A stretch of DNA of 64,000 nucleotides from Waddliaceae bacterium (GCA_963771045.1 CAVYRW010000004.1:320001-384000); one strand, 5' to 3'; positions 11,307 to 22,314 are shown, counted from the stretch's first letter. Notes: generated from the letters alone by a model not told the origin. Translations and numbers: made by a program.

Positions 11307-11466
11307 GTAAGTGTTCGGCAAACTACGTTCCCAGATAACTTGCGGGGGCTTTGGTCTGCTTCGCTACCCTGTTTCGACAACCCCATAAGGGGTTGTCTTC
11401 ATCGGACGCCTTGCATATCTTTGCCCGCGCTTCGTTCTCCGGGAACGTAGTTTGCCGAATACTTAC
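11307..11466. mobile_element. IS66-type MITE, 160 bp
   Basis: TIR GTAAGTGTTCGGCAAACTACGTTCCC / GGGAACGTAGTTTGCCGAATACTTAC (25/26); flanks CCTATTCT / CTTATTCT (7/8 duplication). Confidence 0.85.
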
Positions 11467-11545
11467 CTTATTCTTTTTTAGCGTATCAAAAAAGAGATCA
11501 AAAATAAAATGAAAAAATCTCGGCATTTTTGGTATAAATAGGCCT

Positions 11546-14500
11546 ATGAAAAGACGCAATCTCTTTTTTTTCATTATTTTACCTCTTGTGCTGTTAGGTT
11601 TAGCAGGGGTTTTCTGGAAAAGCCTGCAGCTGACTTTCGTTCAGTGGACTCTTTGCGAGTATTGCGAAAAAAATTTCGGTTACCGAATGAGTTTTAAAAA
11701 GATGGCCTTTCTTGAGAACGGCATCATTTTGATCGAGGAAATGACTTTAAGGCCGGCCGATTCCGAGTCCCTCTCTTACGGAACTTTGACATGTCCTGCC
11801 GCTTATGTGAGAGCCGATCTTGATTTAAGCTCTAAAGCCTTTCATAGTCAGATACATATGCAAAATTTTGAATTGAATCTGGACGATGAACCGATTTGCC
11901 CCGCACAGAATTTGCGCCTTTCATCGGAAAACAGGGGATTCATTATCAGCCCTTCCATTTCATTATCGGGTGAAGGGGCGGTTCGGTGGGACGGACGGCT
12001 GAACGGCTGCATGATCGACTTAGTGTTTGAGGATGATATCTCCGGAATGGTTCAGCTTGAGGAGTTGTCCATCGATATCTGCGGGGCAAGGGGATCGAAA
12101 GAGTTAGTGTTTCGGGGAAAAGATCTCAATGCCGTTAATATCGCGGGTTTGGGAAAAATAATTGTTCCCGATTTGTTTCCCGGGGAAGTCAGGCGGGGAA
12201 GCCTTTCGGGGGCTGTGGTCCTGAGAAACGGGGTTGTGTACGGCGCATTGGAAGCGGAAAACGTGCAGCTTTGCAACGATTCCTTCTATCTGACGCTTCC
12301 GAGTGCCTATATGGACATAGACAGGGGAAAGGGGTATGTCGCCTTTAATTCTGCTCTTATAGAAAATTCCAGCCATAGAATTACCGATATAGAAGGGGCC
12401 TTTGAATTCGAAGGGCCGCAGTGGAATTTGAAAAGCGAAGGAAATTTCCGGGGTATGAAAGCGCGGGCCGATCTCAAATCTTCGGGGTTGGATTTTTATG
12501 AAGGTTCGTTTGTTAAGTTGGAAGCGCAGTGTGCACAAGGAACTTTGTATCTTTCAGGACAAAAGGGGAGGGTGGAATATTCTGGAAGGAGCAGTATTTT
12601 CGGGCTGCCGATGGAGCCCGGTGAATTGTTTATCCGGGCGGAATTGACGAATGTCTCCGGAAATCTTGCCCGAAAAGAGATTGTGATTGAAGGAAAAACC
12701 GAGGATTTTGCCTTGGGTGGAAATGACTGGAAATTTGCGCTTTCCTCCCCCTCTTCGTTTATTATCAGAATGGGCGGCGATAGGGAATGGGTGGATTTTT
12801 CCGGCAGCTTTAGCAAGGGAAAGTTTATTTACGAGCCTGCAAATTTCATTTTAGATGAAATCGTCTCGTCTTTTCAGGGAAACGACAGGCAGATCTCGTT
12901 TGAAAATGTCATAGCTTCTTGCGGTGCCGCCCGTTTTGGCGGCGATGTTTCGATGACCTTAAAACCGTTCTTTGACATTGAAATCTATCAGCATACGCTG
13001 CAGGGAAAAATTTCAGATGTTCGGGAGATATTCGGTAAATTCGGAGTCGATTCCTCTCTATTTTTACTCCCGATTTCCGGAGATCTTACTTACCAGGACG
13101 AGGGAGCTTTTTTTAAATGGAGCGAGTCGGGCGCAGCATTTTCCGGAACAATCGGAGCGACTCTGCAAAACGGGACTCTTGAATTTTCCGATTATGACTT
13201 GTTGTTTCATGACCTTACGTTGAACTTTGTGTATGACATGGCTTCGGATTTCTTGGATATCCGTCAAGGGACCGGCAGTTTTCGTTTGGGTGAAAACAAT
13301 GATCTCGGTTTTGTTGTTGATCACATTATTTGTTCTGATCTTTCCGGCGGGACCTGCGATTTTGATTTTTGGTGCGGGGATAAAAAAAGGGACAAAATTC
13401 GAGTTTGCGGCAAAAGTATCAGAAAAGGGAGAGGGCTTTTGGTCCAATTCGATGAGGAGGCAACTCATTTCGGAACCCTCTATCCCGAAAAGATGACGAT
13501 TGCCATTGACGAGTCGGGATCATTACAGGGTTGCGATTTGGATTTGAGTTTTTCCTGGAATGAGTCGAAAAATGAATTGCAGCAACTGCTTGGCACTTCG
13601 ATCTTTCCGTTTTGCCACAACCTCCAATTGCTGCTTTCCCGCGCAGACATTATGGAAGGGGATTTCGGGGTAAACGCCTGTTATGATAAAAGCCTGGCAA
13701 CGTTGGATTTTCGAATTTTAGGAAAAGAGCTCTTATTTGGGGATTGGACTGTCAGCCAATTCAAGTTTCAGGGCTGCTGCTGCCGCGATCAGTGGAGAAT
13801 ACAGAAATGCGAATTTGACGATTTGTCCCTTGCTGCCGATTTGACTTTGGATAAAGATTGCTATCGCGTGAGTTTTTTGGGATGCCGTTTGGGAAAGATC
13901 TCACTGCTCGGAATGGATGGGAAATTTTTTCCGAAAAACAATCGTGTGGAAGCGAATGTCAACCTTGTGGATATTAATTTTGCCGAATTACATAATATTA
14001 AACCCTTAAGAGGGTTTGTTAAAAAGTTTCGACCCCAGGGGGAGGCCCGGGCAAATTCCGGAAAACTCATTATAGAGATGGCTGAAAATGACTGGTCGAT
14101 TGATTTATCTTTTATTGCCTCTCTTAGAAATTTTTCCTTGCAGGGGATTCCATTTTGCGATGCAGAAAACATAGAAGTTGCATTTCAAACGGATAAAAAG
14201 CTCATCATTAAAAACCTTAAGGCCTCTTCAAACAATGAAAAAGATTCCATTTCTCTCGAGTTAGAGAGAGCTGTCTTTGACTTGGGCTATAACGAGATCG
14301 ATATCAAGGGATTGCATTTTTGCTCTCCCGCCTCGAAATCGGGATGGGCTGCAGGGTTTTTAAGGGACTCGTTTCCAGGGGCTGTCGACGCTTCGCTTGC
14401 GGGCTTTTTAGATGAAATTAAGCCGGGAAACTCTTTTGACGGAGTTTTGGACTTTCAGTTAAACCCTGTTTCAAGTTTTTTATCGGTCCACCTGAAAGAC

Positions 14501-15463
14501 GGGACTTATGAGTTTTTAGGCAAAACTTATACCCTAAAGGATTTTTCTTTTTGTAAAAGAGATCAGGAAATTGAAGTGATGGCAAAATGCTTCGCTTTTA
14601 ATCAATGGTTTGAGCTTCAAACACGATTTTTAGGAAAAACTTTTCCCCACGGGGTGGTTGAAGTGCAAAGCGCCGGAGATGTACTGAACATTTTTTGGAA
14701 GAAAGAGGAAAATTTGCAAATAGAAAGGGTCAATGGAACTTTTGCCGGCTGCCGCATCGATTTGGAACCTGCCCAAAACGGTTTGAAAGGGAGTGTGAAA
14801 AAGGATGGTTTTTCAGGGGAGCTTGAAGCTGCAGCAGGCCGTATTCTTTGCCGCAACATCCGGGGAGAGGCGATGAGCGGCGCTTTTTTCTGTCCTTACG
14901 CTGAAATTTACGAAAACAATCGGATGTGGAAAGTATCCATTCCTAAAATTTTCGCTGGGGAGCTGCATTTGGGCCGTCTGGCCGGATGGGAGGAATTTTT
15001 TGATCATTCATTGATTGTCGATTCGTTGGAAATTACCGATCTTCATGGACCGCCGGAAGATTTGAGCCGATTTGAATGCCGTGGCAAGGCTTCCTTTTCC
15101 AGTGCCGAAAAGCAAAAGAAAATGTTTCCTTTTGTGAAAGAGAAAATAAAAAATATTTCAGTGTTGAGGCCCTCTTCAGGAGACGTTGAATTTTATTTGG
15201 ATTCAGGAAATATAATCCTATCTAAGGTGAATAATATGATTGACGGAAGGCAGTTATTTCGTTACACGCTCCCTTCGTATTATTCAAATCACATAAGCGC
15301 CGATGGGAGTGTCTTTTTTGTTTTTAACTTAATTCCCCACAGCTCAAAGGTGAGGGTGGAAGATTTTATTTCCGTTGTCATTGAAGGAACGGTTGCTCAT
15401 CCGATTTTTTCACTCAAAAAGACAACCGACATGCAGCAAGTCACTCAATATTTGTCTGAATAA
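11546..15463 (+). CDS. Large membrane-anchored, beta-rich protein (AsmA/TamB-like candidate)
   Basis: 1305-aa intact ORF; single N-terminal TM helix; beta-strand-rich; C-terminal IEGTVAHP. Confidence 0.55.
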   Translation: MKRRNLFFFIILPLVLLGLAGVFWKSLQLTFVQWTLCEYCEKNFGYRMSFKKMAFLENGIILIEEMTLRPADSESLSYGTLTCPAAYVRADLDLSSKAFHSQIHMQNFELNLDDEPICPAQNLRLSSENRGFIISPSISLSGEGAVRWDGRLNGCMIDLVFEDDISGMVQLEELSIDICGARGSKELVFRGKDLNAVNIAGLGKIIVPDLFPGEVRRGSLSGAVVLRNGVVYGALEAENVQLCNDSFYLTLPSAYMDIDRGKGYVAFNSALIENSSHRITDIEGAFEFEGPQWNLKSEGNFRGMKARADLKSSGLDFYEGSFVKLEAQCAQGTLYLSGQKGRVEYSGRSSIFGLPMEPGELFIRAELTNVSGNLARKEIVIEGKTEDFALGGNDWKFALSSPSSFIIRMGGDREWVDFSGSFSKGKFIYEPANFILDEIVSSFQGNDRQISFENVIASCGAARFGGDVSMTLKPFFDIEIYQHTLQGKISDVREIFGKFGVDSSLFLLPISGDLTYQDEGAFFKWSESGAAFSGTIGATLQNGTLEFSDYDLLFHDLTLNFVYDMASDFLDIRQGTGSFRLGENNDLGFVVDHIICSDLSGGTCDFDFWCGDKKRDKIRVCGKSIRKGRGLLVQFDEEATHFGTLYPEKMTIAIDESGSLQGCDLDLSFSWNESKNELQQLLGTSIFPFCHNLQLLLSRADIMEGDFGVNACYDKSLATLDFRILGKELLFGDWTVSQFKFQGCCCRDQWRIQKCEFDDLSLAADLTLDKDCYRVSFLGCRLGKISLLGMDGKFFPKNNRVEANVNLVDINFAELHNIKPLRGFVKKFRPQGEARANSGKLIIEMAENDWSIDLSFIASLRNFSLQGIPFCDAENIEVAFQTDKKLIIKNLKASSNNEKDSISLELERAVFDLGYNEIDIKGLHFCSPASKSGWAAGFLRDSFPGAVDASLAGFLDEIKPGNSFDGVLDFQLNPVSSFLSVHLKDGTYEFLGKTYTLKDFSFCKRDQEIEVMAKCFAFNQWFELQTRFLGKTFPHGVVEVQSAGDVLNIFWKKEENLQIERVNGTFAGCRIDLEPAQNGLKGSVKKDGFSGELEAAAGRILCRNIRGEAMSGAFFCPYAEIYENNRMWKVSIPKIFAGELHLGRLAGWEEFFDHSLIVDSLEITDLHGPPEDLSRFECRGKASFSSAEKQKKMFPFVKEKIKNISVLRPSSGDVEFYLDSGNIILSKVNNMIDGRQLFRYTLPSYYSNHISADGSVFFVFNLIPHSSKVRVEDFISVVIEGTVAHPIFSLKKTTDMQQVTQYLSE

Positions 15464-16119
15464 TGATCAATCCGATAATCTCTTTTCTTTATCCCCCCAA
15501 TTGCCTGGCATGCGGAGGAGCGTGCCGGATTCCCGAACACAGGCTTTGCGAATCTTGCGTCTCTTTACTCGAACTTGCCGATCCTATAGAGCATTGCCGT
15601 CTTGCTTATCCTTTTTCGGGACTGGCCTCCGCCTTTGAGTTTTCACCTCCGCAGGCTATGCTTGTGAATCATTTGAAATATCGGAGGCAGCACTATTTGG
15701 CCAAGTCGCTAGCAGCCTTCATGATTTTGCAATTCATCAGACATGACTGGCCCCTGCCCGATGCGGTCATGTCTGTTCCCATGCCTTTTGTTTATCGTTT
15801 ATTTTCCGGAGAGGGCCCGGGAGCCTTAATCGGCAGGGAGGCGGCTCATTTTCTTGGACGTCCCTATATCGGCGGCGTCAAATGCACCGTTGATAGACAT
15901 GCCTCTTATCGTTTTTCTTTGAAATCTTTTTTAGATATTCGGGATAAGACTCTATTGTTAATTGATGATGTTATCAAGCCGGGAGAAGCCATTTTTTCTT
16001 GCGGGGAAGCGCTTTTGGAAGGTTTTCCTAAACGCCTTTACGGCCTTGGGGTTTGTTTAGATCCATCGTTTTATTCTGAAGAACAGGAGCATCGAGCCGC
16101 TGACGGCAAACATAAATAA
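15463..16119 (+). CDS. ComF family protein
   Basis: N-terminal CxxC...CxxC, HLKY, PRT motif LLLIDDV. Confidence 0.8.
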   Translation: MINPIISFLYPPNCLACGGACRIPEHRLCESCVSLLELADPIEHCRLAYPFSGLASAFEFSPPQAMLVNHLKYRRQHYLAKSLAAFMILQFIRHDWPLPDAVMSVPMPFVYRLFSGEGPGALIGREAAHFLGRPYIGGVKCTVDRHASYRFSLKSFLDIRDKTLLLIDDVIKPGEAIFSCGEALLEGFPKRLYGLGVCLDPSFYSEEQEHRAADGKHK

Positions 16120-17112
16120 TGTCATGACAAAAAACCCCCAAGTATTGTGGATGCCCGGCATAAAGTCAAAATTCATACCGTAAATCCCGGTTAAAAATGT
16201 GATGGGGGCAAAGATTGTAGCCACGACCGTCAAGACTTTCATGATTTCATTGAGCCTTTGACTGATAGTCGACATATAGATCTCGAGCATTCCTCCGACA
16301 ATGTCGCGAAATCCTTCGATAGTATCGATTGCCTGGATGGTGTGATCGTAGACATCGTGGATATAAAAGTGCGTTTCTTTTTGAATAAGGGTAGAGTCCA
16401 GCCGCATAAATTGGCTGATCAATTCCCTCATCGGCCAAACCGTGCGTCTCAAAACCGTCATTTCTCTTTTGATTTTCTGGATTTTATATAGAGTTTTCGT
16501 TGAAGGGTCGTGAACCAATTCATCTTCTAGCTTTCCCAGCTTCTCATCAACTTGCGCCAGGATAACAAAATATTTATCGACGATGATATCAATTAAGGTA
16601 TAGGTTAAATAATCGGCTCCAAGCCTTCTGATTCTGTTATTTCCTCTTCTGATTCTCTCTTTGATGGGGCTGATGACTCCGGCTTCGACATTGAAAAAAG
16701 AGATCACATAATTCTTTCCTAAAATTATGCTCACTTGATAATCGACGACTTTTTTGGTTGGCTTGTCAAAATCCAGAAGGCGCAAGATAATGAAGACGTT
16801 GTCTTCGTAAGTTTCTATCTTGGATCTTTCTCCTGAACTGGCTATATCTTCTAAAAGAAGAGGGTGAAGTTGAAAGATTTTTCCTATTTTTTCCATGGCG
16901 GATGGATTGTGAGTGCCGGTAACATTGATCCACGTCACACCTTCTTTATTCAGATATTCCAGGCACTCTTCTATGTGAATGTTCTGACGTTCTTCGATTA
17001 TCTCCTGATTATAATAGGTTAAAGAGATAAGAAGATTTTCAATTTCATCACCGGGATGAAGCTCCAGACTTCCTGGCGGAGATCCGACTGAGTTGTCTAA
17101 ATCCTGGCTCAT
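16057..17112 (-). CDS. corA: Magnesium/cobalt transporter
   Basis: LHPLLLEDI, LNEIMKVLT, YGMNF signature. Confidence 0.96.
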   Translation of the reverse strand: MSQDLDNSVGSPPGSLELHPGDEIENLLISLTYYNQEIIEERQNIHIEECLEYLNKEGVTWINVTGTHNPSAMEKIGKIFQLHPLLLEDIASSGERSKIETYEDNVFIILRLLDFDKPTKKVVDYQVSIILGKNYVISFFNVEAGVISPIKERIRRGNNRIRRLGADYLTYTLIDIIVDKYFVILAQVDEKLGKLEDELVHDPSTKTLYKIQKIKREMTVLRRTVWPMRELISQFMRLDSTLIQKETHFYIHDVYDHTIQAIDTIEGFRDIVGGMLEIYMSTISQRLNEIMKVLTVVATIFAPITFLTGIYGMNFDFMPGIHNTWGFFVMTLFMFAVSGSMLLFFRIKRWI

Positions 17113-17164
17113 AACTATCCTGCCGTGAGAGGCTCCTTGCAGCTCACTGTAGCATAAGCTTGAT

Positions 17165-18514
17165 TTAGACTTCCAAATTGCGTTTTACAAGATCAATTTG
17201 ACGCTTAAGTCTCTCATCTTCTTTGATTTTTTGCTCTATAGCTCTGCAGGCGTGCAGAATAGTAGAGTGGGTTTTGTTGAAATAAACCCCTAAAGACATC
17301 AAAGAGTCGTTGACGAGCATTTTAGAGAGATACATGGCAACCTGGCGGGCTATGGCGACCGTTTTGGTGCGGGCGGAGCCTTTCAGATCGCTCACGCGGA
17401 CCTGGAATATTGTGGCGACGCTTTTGAGGATTTGTTCCACAGTGATTGTTTGTTTTGGAGACTGCTGGAACATTTCTCCCAAAGTGTTGATCACCAGGTC
17501 GCGGGTGATTGATGTATTCAGAAGGCGGCTATGAGCGTTCAGGCGGTTGATGGCCCCCTCCAGCTGCCTCACGTTGTTATACAGATGTTCGGCGATAAAG
17601 AAGGCGATGTCATTGGGTAGGTCAAGCTCTTTTTGTTCCGATTTATGCTTCAGAATGGCAACACGCGTTTCGAGATCGGGTATTCCCATGTGGGCCACAA
17701 GGCCCCACTCCATGCGCGCCTTCATCCTTTCAGAGAGCTTCAATTGAGATGGCGGTTTGTCGCAGGTCAAGACAACTTGCTTTCCATTGTTGGCGTAATG
17801 ATCGAGCAGGATGCAGAACTCTTCTTCGAAGTTAAGCCTGTTTTGCAGGAATTGAATATCGTCGATGAGCAAGACGTCGACATCGGAGCGATAGAACCGT
17901 TTCATCTTATCGACGGTTTTTCTCCTCAGGTTCTCTACCAGATCATTGATAAATCCTTCCGTAGTGATCAGCTGGATCCGTTTTTTCTTGTCGTTGCCTA
18001 CGATATGATGTCCTATGCTGTGGAGGATGTGTGTTTTTCCAAGTCCCACTCCGCCGTGAATAAAGAGGGGATTGTAAGATTTGCCGGGACGGTTGGCCAC
18101 CCCCATGGCAGCGGATTTGATAAACTGGTTGGAGGACCCTTCGATGAATGTTGAAAATTTGTAGCGGTGGTTCAGCTTGACTTCATAAAAGTTCGACTGG
18201 GGCGCAGGCAGCGGAACAGGTTTCGTTTTCACTGCCTGCGGCAAGGCAGGTTCAGCTGCGGGCGCTTCAATGATAAAGTTAATGGCGGGATCGCCATTTT
18301 CCCGAACTGGCAAGAACATTCCGAGTTCTTTTTTATAATTGGACAGGAGGTATTCCTGAACAAAGATATTGGGAACGACCAGAGTGATATCCTCTTCTGT
18401 TGCTTCTTTCACAACAATAGGGGCAAGCCAGTTCCCGTATGCTGCAGCCGAGCAGCGCTCTTTGACATAGGTTAAAAATTGTGTCCAAGCTTCCTGAGTA
18501 TCACAAGCGAGCAT
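17165..18514 (-). CDS. dnaA: Chromosomal replication initiator DnaA (chlamydiae typically have two paralogs)
   Basis: YNPLFIHGGVGLGKTH, LLIDDIQFL, NVRQLEGA, RQVAMYL. Confidence 0.97.
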   Translation of the reverse strand: MLACDTQEAWTQFLTYVKERCSAAAYGNWLAPIVVKEATEEDITLVVPNIFVQEYLLSNYKKELGMFLPVRENGDPAINFIIEAPAAEPALPQAVKTKPVPLPAPQSNFYEVKLNHRYKFSTFIEGSSNQFIKSAAMGVANRPGKSYNPLFIHGGVGLGKTHILHSIGHHIVGNDKKKRIQLITTEGFINDLVENLRRKTVDKMKRFYRSDVDVLLIDDIQFLQNRLNFEEEFCILLDHYANNGKQVVLTCDKPPSQLKLSERMKARMEWGLVAHMGIPDLETRVAILKHKSEQKELDLPNDIAFFIAEHLYNNVRQLEGAINRLNAHSRLLNTSITRDLVINTLGEMFQQSPKQTITVEQILKSVATIFQVRVSDLKGSARTKTVAIARQVAMYLSKMLVNDSLMSLGVYFNKTHSTILHACRAIEQKIKEDERLKRQIDLVKRNLEV

Positions 18515-18863
18515 AGTTTCGGTTCCTTCAAGTCTTATAAAAGTCGGTAAATTCAATTAGCTATTGGACAATTCTGGTGATGTTTAACCTTACTTATGTC
18601 TTCAGCAGCTAACTTTGAAAATTCTGCCGGTTCTTTTATTATTTGTTACAAGTTTTTGTCATCTTTTTTCCTCAAAAGGGTTGAAGGAAAAATCAAAATG
18701 GGTTATGAACATTGTTTCCACAACCTATTCTCAGGCTGTTTCAATCAAGAATCTATCATTTGGATTGATACGTTGCAACAAAAAATCCTTCCATTTTTTG
18801 CCTGAAAAACTAAGTTGCTGATAATCAAAATGAGGCAATTTGAAAAAAAATGAGATCGCATTT

Positions 18864-20447
18864 TTAAATAACGCAGCCCTTGGAAAGGTGTTGAAGTTGT
18901 GAATAGGTGCCCTGCATTTGCACAGTGAAAATCTCTTTAGGCAGATACAGTTTTTTTGTTGCGTTGCAGCGGATTTGCATTAACTGAAGGTCAAGGTAGA
19001 GCCCAAGATCTCCGGCAAAGGAGACAGTCGTTTTTTCATTATGGCAGACATGTCTGATTTGGTTGACAAGTTCCAACCTTAAGTCTCCTTTGTGTCCGGA
19101 AAAATCCAGGCATATGAGGATCTCCGGAGACAGAGTTTTGAGTAAAGACAGAAGGCCGTGATAGCCGAGGCAGTCGGGCAGGTATTTGTTTTGCTTAAAA
19201 TCGTCTTCGGTCGTATAGCCGACTCCAGCCAGCAGTACCTGGCATCCTTCGAGGTGCGGAGCCAGAAGCGGTGAAAATGGGCATCCGGAAACATAGCCCA
19301 GTTTAAGCGGGGCTTGTTTTTTGTCGAGTTCCAAAGTGATGCCCAATGTATTCCTTTTTTTATCATCCCTTGCCCCTGGGCAGGCGGAAAAATATTTCAG
19401 AACGATTCCATCATCTAGTGGAAGGGTTTCAATATCGGAAGAATCGACAAAGATTTCCAGAGGGTGAACCATATGCCTCTCTTCCTTGTACTGTGGCTGG
19501 AGTAAAGAAGAAACCTCTTGAAAGACCTGGCTGTTGATATAATACCGGATTTTGTGTCTCGAAGGACAAAGCTCATTGAGCCTCTCATTGAGAAGATAAA
19601 TTGAAAGCAGATCCTGATAACTTTCCGGATTGCACCTTGTGACGATGACATAATCAACGTCTTGTACTAGATAGCCCGCCTCATGAAAATGATCCAAAAA
19701 ACGGCGTCCCGGGTTGATGACGATTCCTTTATTTTTCCATCTTATGAAAAGCCCTGTGGGGGCATGCTTCAACCTGTCGGAGTGGAGGATATTTTTTAAT
19801 GCGGAGCCCGGATGCAGAGGAGCTTCCCAGCCGTTTAACAATGTGAGAAAATGCTCTTTGGGAGTCTCTCTGCCATCGAGAAGTTGTTGATAATGTTCGG
19901 TAACCTTTGCCTTAGTTTCTTCAAATTGTTTGAGCTTGTTTTCGATTTGGGTTTTTCTGGATGAAGAGGGAGGGGCCGGACTCTCTGCCGGAATACTTGG
20001 CAATGGCTCTTCTTCTAAAAACAGAGAAGGAGGTGAATGATCTTTAAAAATGTCTTTAAGCTCATTTGTTTCCGGAGATAATTTGCCTAGGATATAAGCT
20101 GTGGCTTTGTCATTTGGAATCATCGCCAGAGCTTTTTTGGCATAGGCAACGCCTTTTTCCCGCTCGCCTAGTTTTTCGGACAAATATGCAGAAGCGCGGT
20201 AACAGAAAAATTGAAAATGAGGAACGCTTTTAGCTTTCAGATAGTATTGAATGGCTTTTTCATAATCATCTTGCCAAAACGCTTTTTCTCCGCAAAATAA
20301 ATGTTTGATGTCTTCATTTTGGCCGCATTGGCCGGAAAAGGAGTCAATGATTTGGAAAATGCGGGGATTCTTGTCAGCTGGCTGATAGATTTCTTGTACA
20401 GAGTTGATATACTGGCTTAGCAAGTCATTCAATCCCATAAATCTCAT
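18864..20447 (-). CDS. TPR-repeat plus degenerate metallo-beta-lactamase-fold protein
   Basis: N-terminal TPR-like helices; GLFIRWKNKGIVINPG and DYVIVTR resemble an MBL fold lacking metal ligands. Confidence 0.6.
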   Translation of the reverse strand: MRFMGLNDLLSQYINSVQEIYQPADKNPRIFQIIDSFSGQCGQNEDIKHLFCGEKAFWQDDYEKAIQYYLKAKSVPHFQFFCYRASAYLSEKLGEREKGVAYAKKALAMIPNDKATAYILGKLSPETNELKDIFKDHSPPSLFLEEEPLPSIPAESPAPPSSSRKTQIENKLKQFEETKAKVTEHYQQLLDGRETPKEHFLTLLNGWEAPLHPGSALKNILHSDRLKHAPTGLFIRWKNKGIVINPGRRFLDHFHEAGYLVQDVDYVIVTRCNPESYQDLLSIYLLNERLNELCPSRHKIRYYINSQVFQEVSSLLQPQYKEERHMVHPLEIFVDSSDIETLPLDDGIVLKYFSACPGARDDKKRNTLGITLELDKKQAPLKLGYVSGCPFSPLLAPHLEGCQVLLAGVGYTTEDDFKQNKYLPDCLGYHGLLSLLKTLSPEILICLDFSGHKGDLRLELVNQIRHVCHNEKTTVSFAGDLGLYLDLQLMQIRCNATKKLYLPKEIFTVQMQGTYSQLQHLSKGCVI

Positions 20448-20482
20448 TATATTTTTTGTTTCATTAAGCTGCAATCTTGAAC

Positions 20483-20571
20483 GTAGGCATTCGGCAATCT
20501 ACGCCCTTGGATAACTTGCGGCGGCTTTGGTCTGCTTCGTTTTTCAAAGGCGTATCTCACCGAACGCTTAC
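20483..20571. mobile_element. IS66-type MITE, 89 bp, same family as 11307-11466
   Basis: GTAGGCATTCGG ... CCGAACGCTTAC ends; perfect 8-bp duplication TCTTGAAC; shared core GATAACTTGCGG.GGCTTTGGTCTGCTTCG. Confidence 0.88.
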
Positions 20572-20610
20572 TCTTGAACATTAATATAAGAAAAGGGATG
20601 ATAGCTGCTT

Positions 20611-21771
20611 ATGGCTAAGAAATTTTTACCCTACGCAAGACAATCCATTAACGCCGATGATATCAAGGCTGTCGGCAAGGCTCTAAAATCGGATATCATC
20701 ACTCGGGGGCCGCTTGTCGATGAGTTCGAAAGGGCCATAGCGGATTATTGCGGCGCCTCTCATGCTGTCGCCTTTAACAGCGGGACATCGGCGCTCGATG
20801 CCGCGTCCTTTGCCGCAAACATCGAGCCTCATGACCGCGTTATTACGACTCCGAATACTTTTGTCGGAACAATCACCGGTTCGATCAAGCGGGGGGCGGC
20901 GCCTATTTTTGTCGACATTGACTCTCAGACAGGAAATATCGACTTAGACCAGCTCGAGCTGAATATCAACCGCCCTTCCAGCAGGGGGAAAGAAGTGATA
21001 CTCCCGGTCCATTTTGCGGGGATAGCCGTTGATATGGAGCGGATATCGCAGACGATCAGTAAACCCGATACCATCGTCATCGAAGATGCCGCCCATGCTT
21101 TAGGGTCTGCATATCCGGACGGCAGAAGGGTCGGGTGTTCAGAGTGGAGCGATATGACAGTCTTCAGCTTTCATCCGGCCAAGCATATCACAACCGGAGA
21201 AGGGGGCATGGTTCTCACCAACAGCGAAAATTTCTGCAAGCGGCTTCTTCTCTACCGCGACAATGGAATCACGAGAAGCGAAGATGATCCGGATCCCTGG
21301 ATGTATCGTGTTGCCGAGATAACGGGCAACTATAATTTCACCGATATTCAAGCAGCCTTAGGGCTCAGCCAGTTTAGTCGGCTGGAGGAAAATAGCGAAA
21401 AGAGGCGGCAAATCGTGAAAGCTTATCGGGAGGAGCTGAAAGGCATCGATCATATCGATCTTTTCCCTGAAGAGTACGACAGCCTGACTTCCTATCACTT
21501 ATTTGTCCTTCGCATCAATTTTGAAGAGTATGGGGTTTCCAGAAGCGAGGTGATGAACCGGTTGAAGGAAAAGGGGATCGGAACCCAGGTCCACTATATT
21601 CCCCTCTACCACCACCCTTTTATGAAAGGGAAAGATCTGTCTCCCTATTTTCCTAATACGGAAGAGTATTACGCAAAAGCCTTAACATTGCCTCTTTTCA
21701 GCCGGATGGAGGAAAAAGATGTCTCCAATGTCGCGGGCGCTCTCAAGAAAATCCTCAAAGCCAATCATTAA
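20611..21771 (+). CDS. DegT/DnrJ family sugar aminotransferase, PseC-like
   Basis: LPYARQSI, IEDAAHALG, FSFHPAKHITTGEGG, QVHYIP. Confidence 0.9.
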   Translation: MAKKFLPYARQSINADDIKAVGKALKSDIITRGPLVDEFERAIADYCGASHAVAFNSGTSALDAASFAANIEPHDRVITTPNTFVGTITGSIKRGAAPIFVDIDSQTGNIDLDQLELNINRPSSRGKEVILPVHFAGIAVDMERISQTISKPDTIVIEDAAHALGSAYPDGRRVGCSEWSDMTVFSFHPAKHITTGEGGMVLTNSENFCKRLLLYRDNGITRSEDDPDPWMYRVAEITGNYNFTDIQAALGLSQFSRLEENSEKRRQIVKAYREELKGIDHIDLFPEEYDSLTSYHLFVLRINFEEYGVSRSEVMNRLKEKGIGTQVHYIPLYHHPFMKGKDLSPYFPNTEEYYAKALTLPLFSRMEEKDVSNVAGALKKILKANH

Positions 21772-22314
21772 AATATAAATTTGATTGCTTGCAAACAGGG
21801 TTTGAATAATGACAAAAATTCAGTATGCAATTTTTTTATTAACGGTGTTCCTTTTTACTAGTCATCTAAGTGCGATTCCACAACAGCCTTCAATTACTGT
21901 TAACCAATGTTATACAACTAAAGAAGCTGTTTTTTTGCTAGTCGGTACACGCTGGCTTAGTGCAGAAGCTGTAAATTTTACAACAGATGGGATTTGTTCT
22001 TTACTTTGAAAGTAAGCCAGTTTGCTTAATTAGCTTTTGGCAAGAGGATGATTCCACTGCAAAATTTAAAGAAGGCTGGGATGTCTATAAGAAGTATGAG
22101 AAATTTTTTCCCCATGAGAACTATATTTTTGATGAGTGTAAAAGGAATGTATCTTCTAAGTTGGCCGTACATATTAATCTTATAAATAAAAAAGGATTAG
22201 TTGAGTGTATAGAAAAGTATTCAAATATTTTTAAGGATGTGTTGCATCGAGAGGCGTTGTTGCATAAATCACCACTGAGACCACCGAGCTCACTGAGAGA
22301 TTATGAGAGAGGAA

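Noticed and set aside
18515..18863. Replication origin upstream of dnaA
   Set aside because: Only one imperfect box noticed (GTTTCCACA near 18714); no cluster of DnaA boxes
22269..22312. CRISPR array
   Set aside because: Units are 9 bp with no spacers; no array or cas gene recognised anywhere in the window
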